Source: a virus (Duplodnaviria > Caudoviricetes). From it: a stretch of DNA of 64,000 nt. This document shows positions 57,510-64,000 of this stretch, piece after piece; positions within the stretch are counted from its first letter, which is position 1; each line of letters opens with the position of its first letter. Under the pieces are notes generated by a model. It did no database searches, had not been told where the DNA came from, and saw only the letters and a program-made list of their open reading frames with translations. The stretch covers positions 1 through 64,000 of IMG/VR virus record IMGVR_UViG_3300037454_000078, one strand, 5' to 3'. Both the position numbers and the translations under genes were made by a program.

Positions 57510-57563
57510 TAGTATGACGTCAGACTTTGCACAGGATTACAAAGAATATATGGAGGACAGCGT

Positions 57564-57845
57564 ATGAAAGATATTTTTAAGATGAATGTTGATGACTATA
57601 TAGATGAATTAACAAAAGATGCATCAGACATGATAAAATGAGTTAAGAATACCATATCATATACAACAGCACAGGCTTTGTCCTCCGACCTTAACAAACT
57701 TTCGTGTGAATACGAAATCCGCAAAGAAAATGTAGCGGAGGTTATTATGGCTGCGAAGACCCTCCACGACAACCCAGAACTTGGAAAACTGACGGATAAA
57801 GAGATTGAGGAACTTGAAAACAAAACTGTAGATTTAGGCGTATGA
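57564..57845 (+). pseudogene. 93-codon ORF interrupted by TGA at 57639-57641
   Basis: Manual translation MKDIFKMNVDDYIDELTKDASDMIK*VKNTISY...ELENKTVDLGV*. Confidence 0.5.
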
Positions 57846-57981
57846 TTACACCTTACGACATTCCAAAACCGATTGCGCCTTGCATCGTCGACGTAATAGT
57901 AATACGGATGGTTTTCCTGTAACGCTACCGAATGGCACAAGTGTATATAACAGCAAATTAACAAACTTTAAATATGTAAAT

Positions 57982-58013
57982 ATTGAAATATTGCAAATAA
58001 GTTGTTATCTTTG
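57982..58013 (+). promoter_or_regulatory. Promoter ATTG-N20-TATCTTTG with palindrome TTGAAATATTGCAA (57983-57996)
   Basis: Read directly from the sequence. Confidence 0.75.
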
Positions 58014-58040
58014 CACACGTAACTTTTAATTCATTCAGAT

Positions 58041-59346
58041 ATGGTATTTTTTGAAAACGAAATTTGCGAAGCACTCAGACTACCGAAAATCCCCAAGAAG
58101 AAGTGGGACGGGAAGAGCAGCTTCAACAAATGCGTGGCTGTCATAAGCCTCTCTTATGGTGGAAAAGCCTACGCTGTGGCGTCGTACGATTCAGAGAAAG
58201 ACGAAAAGCCAAGAATAGTAAAAGTATTCTCTCAAGAGCCTTTCTGTGACGTTCTTGAAGTATTCATCGTTCCTCAGTACATGGACGTCGAGGACATTAA
58301 AGACGCAGACCTTGACGACGAGTCGAAGAAGCGCGCCGAAGAGCTTGCAAAAGAAGCCAAGGAGATTGAGGATGAAGGTGTTGAAGAAGAGACGAAAGAG
58401 CCAGAGAACGAGTACTTCTTTGACCACATCAAGGATGACGATATGGCAAGAGCCTATATTGCTGCGTACAACAAAGCAAACAAGATTAAGGGACGTGTTC
58501 CGAAGACTCACGAAGGGCTTGTAATGCGTCTGTCAGTCATCCACGCGGAAACAAACAAAAAATAAAGCATGAGTGCACTGGCATACATAGGAATCGCTTT
58601 CCTGCTTCTTTCTGGATGCGGAATTGCTGTTTTTTTCTATGAAATAGCGCACGCGATTCCTGAAGAAGAACTTTACAAAACAAAAGAACAACATGGAACA
58701 GAAGAAGAAACTTACGAACGCACAACTGGTGCGAAGAATATCAAAAGCGGTAGTGCATCTTGACAGAACAAAGAACACAAGTGAGATTTTCTTTTCAGAT
58801 AAAGGCTTGCGCCTCGTGTCAGACAACGACTACTGCGTAATCGAGACAGGATACCATCGTCACGTCTTTTCCAATATAACGTCTTCTGGAATATCTCGCC
58901 CTTGGCTGTACACAAAGAGACTCGTGGAGATAGCAAACGAACATCTCGATGGCTGTAAGACGGAGAGTGGATACTCATTTGGCAGGCTCATAGATTTCCT
59001 GAAGACCAAAGAGGATAGGACGGAGTACAATATCTGCGTATTCGTTGACTGGTGGCTTTTCAATATTTTCCAGCCACTGTTCTCTGTCGGCGAGACGGAA
59101 GCAGAGCAATTCCTTGTCTACGAGTCATACATCCACAATATCGCACGCAACTCGATTCTGTTGAGCGAGAAGACGGAAGACATGACAAACAAGCAGTTCC
59201 TCGATAAGATGATTGAGAGTATCCGCGAGTTCACTGCAGACATGGACGAACGCGTTCTGTTCGAGAAGAAGACAGATGAAGAAGTTGCAAGAGAGAGCAT
59301 AGAAGCAATTCAAGAACAAGAGTTGAACGAACAGACGAAGCAATGA
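58041..59346 (+). CDS. Three hypothetical genes (58041-58565; 58569-58763 with an N-terminal TM; 58693-59346)
   Basis: Co-oriented ORFs downstream of the promoter. Confidence 0.65.
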
Positions 59347-59501
59347 ACGAAGAGTGGATAGGAATATCAGAGTACGCTAAGAGAGTAGGCAAGTCTAAGC
59401 AGACCATCTACAACTGGGTTCGGAGCGGCAAGGTCGAGAGTAAGACGTTCCGCAGAGGTACTATGCAGGGAATACTTATAAAAGTGGCAGACAATGAATA
59501 A
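59343..59501 (+). CDS. Small MerR/excisionase-like HTH protein (52 aa, not in the track)
   Basis: MNEEWIGISEYAKRVGKSKQTIYNWVRSGKV. Confidence 0.7.
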   Translation: MNEEWIGISEYAKRVGKSKQTIYNWVRSGKVESKTFRRGTMQGILIKVADNE

Positions 59502-60088
59502 GACGACCGACGCAGTCAAGCGCATGCTCAAAGAGCAATGGGAGAAAGCCTGCAACGGCTATCTCGTTGAGCTTGCACGAATGTGGGAGTGGGATTTGGA
59601 ATCTTACGGATTCTGGATTGGCAACGAAGTTGGTGGCGTGTTCAGCTATGGGGACTGCTATCACGTCGACATGGAAGACGTTATATACTGTGTTGAGCAT
59701 GACGTGACGAGCGACGAGTACCTTTCTCACAACGACTACTGGCTCAAGTGCGACGAGTACAATTTAAACAAGTTGTCGCTCAAGGCGTGGCACGAAGGTG
59801 CTCCGAGAATACCGCAGGAAGTGTTTGACAAACTCGACGCGCTGAAGAAGAATCTTAATGACGAAATAGACAACGTAAAAAATCGGTTTTGATATGGCAA
59901 CAGAAAAAGAGAAACAGGACTGGCAGGCTCAGGACGACGCCTACACTATGGCTCGCTATCAGGAGATAATGGCAGACAAGAAACGTGCCGCACGCGCAGT
60001 CAAGGCTGCAAGACAACAGGCAGACGCCATGAAGAGCGCCGCGATAAAAAGAGACAGTGTTATATACAAACAAAAGAAAAAGAAGTGA
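59494..60088 (+). CDS. Two hypothetical genes (59494-59892; 59894-60088, basic helical)
   Basis: Coupled ORFs. Confidence 0.6.
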
Positions 60089-60089
60089 T

Positions 60090-60374
60090 ATGGCAAGCAA
60101 ATCGGCAGAATACTATCGCACGCACCCAAAAGCGCGGGAGAAGAAGAAGCAGTACGACACGGAGTTCGAGAAGAAGCCAGAGCAGCGCAAGAAACGCTCT
60201 GAGCTGACTCAGCACAACAGGGAGCACGACGAGAAGTACGGCAAAGCGTCACGTAAAGGGAAGGATGCGTCGCATACGTCTCACGGCATAGTCTACAAGT
60301 CTTCTTCAGTGAACAGAGGAAGCAAGTCTGACACTGCTGGCGACAGAAGAGCAAGGGGCGGAAAGAAGAAGTGA
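60090..60374 (+). CDS. Small basic protein with a degenerate HNH-like motif
   Basis: GKDASHTSHGIVYKSSSVNRG. Confidence 0.45.
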   Translation: MASKSAEYYRTHPKAREKKKQYDTEFEKKPEQRKKRSELTQHNREHDEKYGKASRKGKDASHTSHGIVYKSSSVNRGSKSDTAGDRRARGGKKK

Positions 60375-60403
60375 TAAACAACCTACGAAAACAAAAGAAA
60401 GAT

Positions 60404-61546
60404 ATGAAAGTAACATTTGAAACCAACGAAGTGCTGCCGAAACTCATGCAAGCAGCATCTGTAATCAACAGCAAGAACAGCATCTCCGTACTGTCTGACG
60501 TGTGCTTCACGATAAGCGAAGATAACATCATCATGACAGCAAGCGACGGAGAGAACTGGGTGACAGAGAGAGCCGACGTCGTTATCTCAGACATGGACGC
60601 GTCAATATGCGTCGCTGCAAAAGACATCATCAACTGCCTGAAGACGCTTTCTGACGAGAACGTAACGATGACGATTGACAAGGACGCGTCGACTGTTACG
60701 CTCGACTATGGAAGTGGAAAGATTAATCTTCCGTACGATGCGTCTGATGACTTCCCTACGCCTAATCTCAGCGTTGACGGAGCAAGCGAGATAATCGTTT
60801 ACAGCAATCTCATAAAGACAGCCATAAGTCTTGCAAGAGCGTCTACAGAGAACAGCATCGTACGACCAATCATGAGCGGAGTGCATTTCTTGTTCTCAGA
60901 CGGAACGATGACTGTGAACGGAGCAAGCCATGCAAGGGTTGTCAAGTTTGTGGAACATGTGAAAGCAGACAGCGACATGTCTTACTTCGAGTTCACTCTT
61001 CCACCGAAAGCGTATTCAGTCATAACGAGCGTTCTTGAAGGCGTTAGCGAAGACGTGAAGCTGAAGTTCACAGACAAAGCAGTGTCAGTAAGCAACCGAA
61101 ACTTCAGAATCACAGCACGACTGTTGGAAGGTGCTTATCCAGACTGCAACCTCGTCATACCTCAGAACAGTCCAATCAAGATAGAAGTTGACAAGGAGTG
61201 CATGTTCCAAGCTCTCAGACGAGTTCTGTCTATTGACAACAGCAACAGACTGTTCACGCTATACGTCAACAGAGACACGATTACGGTAAGCGCAGAAGAC
61301 ATCAGCTTCGGAAGAACCTCAGAAGAAGAGATGCGGTGCGTCAATCCAACTGACAGCGAGTTGCAGATATGCTTCAACGGAGACGTCGTCTCAGATGTAT
61401 TGAGAAGCATAGACGACGAAGAAGTCGTGATTGAGATGTCTGCTCCAACGCTTCCAGCCGTTTTCCATGCGAAAGACGAAGTTAAGAGCGAAAAGTATAT
61501 GTCTGTAGTAATGCCAATGCAGATTCAAGCCCCAATCGTACGATGA
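60404..61546 (+). CDS. dnaN: DNA polymerase III beta sliding-clamp homolog
   Basis: About 380 aa; SVINSKNSISVLSDV, ASDGE, RPIMSGVHF, ARLLEGAYPD, CFNG...DVLRSI, VVMPMQI. Confidence 0.9.
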   Translation: MKVTFETNEVLPKLMQAASVINSKNSISVLSDVCFTISEDNIIMTASDGENWVTERADVVISDMDASICVAAKDIINCLKTLSDENVTMTIDKDASTVTLDYGSGKINLPYDASDDFPTPNLSVDGASEIIVYSNLIKTAISLARASTENSIVRPIMSGVHFLFSDGTMTVNGASHARVVKFVEHVKADSDMSYFEFTLPPKAYSVITSVLEGVSEDVKLKFTDKAVSVSNRNFRITARLLEGAYPDCNLVIPQNSPIKIEVDKECMFQALRRVLSIDNSNRLFTLYVNRDTITVSAEDISFGRTSEEEMRCVNPTDSELQICFNGDVVSDVLRSIDDEEVVIEMSAPTLPAVFHAKDEVKSEKYMSVVMPMQIQAPIVR

Positions 61547-61971
61547 ACGACTACTCAGTACACACGAACGGGTTCATAGAAAGAAAGAACGGTGGACGAT
61601 ACGAAGGGGTCGTCAGAGTGGAAGGTATCGACTTGTCGCCAATTGAAGCCACGTTCTTCACTGACGACTACTGCGAGAAGTACCTCTGGCTCAAGCGCAA
61701 GCCAATCATGGAGTACGACATGGAATCGCAGTCGTACAAGACACGACCCCGAAACCCACCGTTCGAAGCCTATCTCAAGAAGCTGTCTGATAGTGGAGTC
61801 GTCGCGTATAAAGGCGAGTTCATGTTCATGAGATTCAAGTTCTCGATTGTAGGCGTATGGGACGAAGTGGCAGGAAAAGACGCCCAAAGAATGAACCTGT
61901 TCGTAGAACGTCTTCCAATCTCAGAACAGGCAATACTTAAAGACATAAACAAGAGAAAGAGAACTGTATGA
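61543..61971 (+). CDS. Hypothetical protein
   Basis: 142 aa, coupled to the clamp gene. Confidence 0.65.
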   Translation: MNDYSVHTNGFIERKNGGRYEGVVRVEGIDLSPIEATFFTDDYCEKYLWLKRKPIMEYDMESQSYKTRPRNPPFEAYLKKLSDSGVVAYKGEFMFMRFKFSIVGVWDEVAGKDAQRMNLFVERLPISEQAILKDINKRKRTV

Positions 61972-62450
61972 TTAATGACGAGATGATAGCTTCCGACTGG
62001 CGCAACTTGGACAGCATAGACGACATACTCACAGCTGTCAGACAACACGAGATGGACATCATGACGTATCTTGCAGACACGGTCGCTTCCTTGTGCAACA
62101 TAGAACGCAACGACATGCTAAGAGCTTGCAGCGAAGCACATTTAGCACAACCACGATGGCTATTCTGGTACGCATACAGATACATGACTGGAGAGACACT
62201 TGAGAAGGTTTCTGAGATGACAGAGCGTTGCTGCGGTCACAGATTCACGCCGAACGGCATAGGGCAGTGCGTGAACAAGATGTCTCAGATGATTAGCTCT
62301 GAGCCAATGTGGACTAAGAGATGGACTATCATCAAGCGCATCATAAAACTTCGCGACACAGACGTCAAGAAGAACTCAGACAACACGATAACGATAACTG
62401 TTCCAAGAGAGCTTAAAGACATTATTAATATAGAAATAAAAGAGAAATAG
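61968..62450 (+). CDS. Protein with a DnaA C-terminal-like HTH
   Basis: AHLAQPRWLFWYAYRYMTGETLEKVSEM resembles the DnaA domain IV pattern. Confidence 0.5.
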   Translation: MINDEMIASDWRNLDSIDDILTAVRQHEMDIMTYLADTVASLCNIERNDMLRACSEAHLAQPRWLFWYAYRYMTGETLEKVSEMTERCCGHRFTPNGIGQCVNKMSQMISSEPMWTKRWTIIKRIIKLRDTDVKKNSDNTITITVPRELKDIINIEIKEK

Positions 62451-62481
62451 GAAATCAGGATTTCAGATATGATTAAGTAAT

Positions 62482-62973
62482 ATGGGAAAGGTTTATATAG
62501 GTTTGGACAATGGTACTACAGGCACAATAGGTATTGTCGGCGATGACATAGCACCGCAGATATACCATACTCCAACAAAGGTGGAGCAGGATTATACAAA
62601 AGCCAAGAAGAACATCACGCGGCTGGATTGCGGTAGGTTCTTGGAGATATTGGGACAGTTCAACAAGAACGATGTAAGGGTCGTATGTGAACGCCCGATG
62701 ATTAATCCGACAAGATGGAATGCCACGATTACGGCAGTAAGATGTTGGGAAGCACAGCTGATTTTACTTGAGACTCTTGAAATACCGCACATGTTCGTAG
62801 ACAGCAAGGAATGGCAGAAGGAACTTCTTCCGAAGGGTATAAAGGGTTCTGACGAGCAGAAGAAGGCAAGCAAGGATATTGGCAAGCGATTGTTTCCACA
62901 ACTTGCAGACTTTAAGCATAGTGACTTCGATGGACTCCTCATCGCGGAGTACGCAAGACGCAAAAACTTATAG
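62482..62973 (+). CDS. RuvC-like Holliday junction resolvase
   Basis: YIGLDNG, VVCERP, SKEWQK and DFDGLLIAEY acidic catalytic motifs. Confidence 0.8.
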   Translation: MGKVYIGLDNGTTGTIGIVGDDIAPQIYHTPTKVEQDYTKAKKNITRLDCGRFLEILGQFNKNDVRVVCERPMINPTRWNATITAVRCWEAQLILLETLEIPHMFVDSKEWQKELLPKGIKGSDEQKKASKDIGKRLFPQLADFKHSDFDGLLIAEYARRKNL

Positions 62974-62975
62974 AT

Positions 62976-63596
62976 ATGCTGGATTTACTTTCTACACAGA
63001 ACGCATTGCACACAAGGCTTATTGACTTCAGCCTGCAGCAGTATTTGTTCGTCCTTCAAGTCGTACTTGGAGAGAGAATAGAAGTTGCGTACGCGAACAC
63101 GTTCGACACCGCTGAGTTTAAGCGCAACGTGCCAAGCGAGGACGAAGAAGACTATCTCGCTAAACTCAGACGCGACGCAGAGAACATGATGGATACTCAA
63201 GAGTGTGTACAGCTTAGGGACGAGCTCGAGTCTTTGTACAACTCTGACATACAAGCGAAAGCAACCAATTTCAAAGGGTATCGCTTCAGTGGTGAGGATG
63301 TGCAGAAGCTTCTTGCGGACTTGTTGCACGATAGAACGTCCGACCTCTCAGAGGCAAGTGTCAGGGATATTCTCGCACTACTGAAGATGATGTACGAGAA
63401 TGGGTCTCTCGACTCTGGAGACACGTTCCAACGACATTGGGTGACTCTCCCAAAGAAGTACGACTGCATCTGCCCCAACTGCAACCACGAAATCTATCTG
63501 GTAGAAGGAGTTGATAACAGATGCAACCACTGCTCTCATATCATCAGGTGGTCAGAAGAAGAGCAGAGATTCTACCCGAATCCAGATAAACTGTAA
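62976..63596 (+). CDS. Helical protein with a C-terminal Zn ribbon (CPNC...CNHC); terminase small subunit candidate
   Basis: Zn ribbon read directly; TerS role is only inferred. Confidence 0.4.
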   Translation: MLDLLSTQNALHTRLIDFSLQQYLFVLQVVLGERIEVAYANTFDTAEFKRNVPSEDEEDYLAKLRRDAENMMDTQECVQLRDELESLYNSDIQAKATNFKGYRFSGEDVQKLLADLLHDRTSDLSEASVRDILALLKMMYENGSLDSGDTFQRHWVTLPKKYDCICPNCNHEIYLVEGVDNRCNHCSHIIRWSEEEQRFYPNPDKL

Positions 63597-63599
63597 GTT

Positions 63600-63989
63600 A
63601 TGATTGCGACGATTAACATAGACATATATTTGAACTGCGTCATCATCGCGGCAGGAATCGACGAGAAAGAGTTCGACAGGCTGTACTACAACAACGTTAC
63701 AAAAATCACTGACGATGAGTACAAAGCCATAAGAAAAGACATTGCTGACAAGGGTTCGTGCGACGGCTTAACAACTACCCTTGATTGTGGCAACGTATTC
63801 GTGTTTATACGCAAGGGTCGGGAGAGGTACGATTTGACTGTGGCGCACGAATTATATCACGCCACAAATAGAGTTCTTATGCGAGCAGGCGTCTTACATG
63901 ATGAACATGACGAGCCATACGCATACTTGCTTGCATGGCTCACGAACGAATACTACAACAGACTTGATGACTTCGAAAATGGAAGATAA
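63600..63989 (+). CDS. Hypothetical protein with an HExxH zinc-metallopeptidase-like motif
   Basis: VAHELYHA...DEPYAY. Confidence 0.6.
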   Translation: MIATINIDIYLNCVIIAAGIDEKEFDRLYYNNVTKITDDEYKAIRKDIADKGSCDGLTTTLDCGNVFVFIRKGRERYDLTVAHELYHATNRVLMRAGVLHDEHDEPYAYLLAWLTNEYYNRLDDFENGR

Positions 63990-64000
63990 GTGCTTTATAT

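Larger units (their letters stand above)
51616..57845 (+). mobile_element. AT-richer cassette of about 18 small accessory genes and gene remnants
   Basis: Shift to A/T-ending codons, repeated AAAGGAGAA junctions, very short remnant ORFs and an internal stop codon. Confidence 0.55.

Noticed and set aside
1-64000. Stop-codon reassignment (TAG to Gln, as in some gut phages), prompted by the CTCTAAA tRNA-like loop
   Set aside because: Long late genes (tape measure, TerL, capsid, tail tip) are open in the standard code, and TAG ends several genes at sensible positions (4462, 10205, 22686, 23279).
1-64000. Diversity-generating retroelement or retron
   Set aside because: No reverse transcriptase motifs and no template/variable repeat pair differing at adenines were seen; one could still lie outside the window.

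Overview
This window is a 64-kb segment of a large, long-tailed (siphovirus-type) dsDNA phage of a Bacteroidales host, probably Prevotella-like. The host call rests on TTTG-N19-21-TAnnTTTG promoters, A-rich translation leaders and Bacteroidota-type genes. From left to right: (1) a minus-strand late operon, TerL > portal > holin > amidase endolysin > u-spanin-like lipoprotein > a >1480-aa tail-tip protein that runs off the window and is missing from the ORF track; (2) a divergent plus-strand head-tail operon with scaffold, decoration protein, major capsid, neck, tail tube, frameshifting chaperone, 2286-aa tape measure and Dit-like genes; (3) a minus-strand replication block (initiator, loader-like protein, SSBs, MazG-like); (4) a very AT-rich non-coding divergence zone at about 28.6-29.7 kb, a candidate genome end or origin, followed by a low-complexity leading region; (5) a long plus-strand early/middle region of small, often acidic ORFs, a serine recombinase, three non-canonical tRNA-like genes, an HNH plus two DNA methyltransferases, a YqaJ exonuclease with an annealing protein, an AT-rich shuffled gene cassette, a sliding-clamp homolog and a RuvC-like resolvase. 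No integrase, DNA or RNA polymerase, reverse transcriptase or CRISPR array was seen. The most notable unexplained structure is regulatory. It comprises two promoter-proximal antisense/attenuator RNA switches (P4-CI/P1-C4-like logic), a 14-bp palindromic operator on the -33 box of a set of middle promoters, a dyad exactly centred between the two late promoters, and tRNA-like genes with abnormal anticodon arms. Functional names come from motif recognition by eye; no database search was run.
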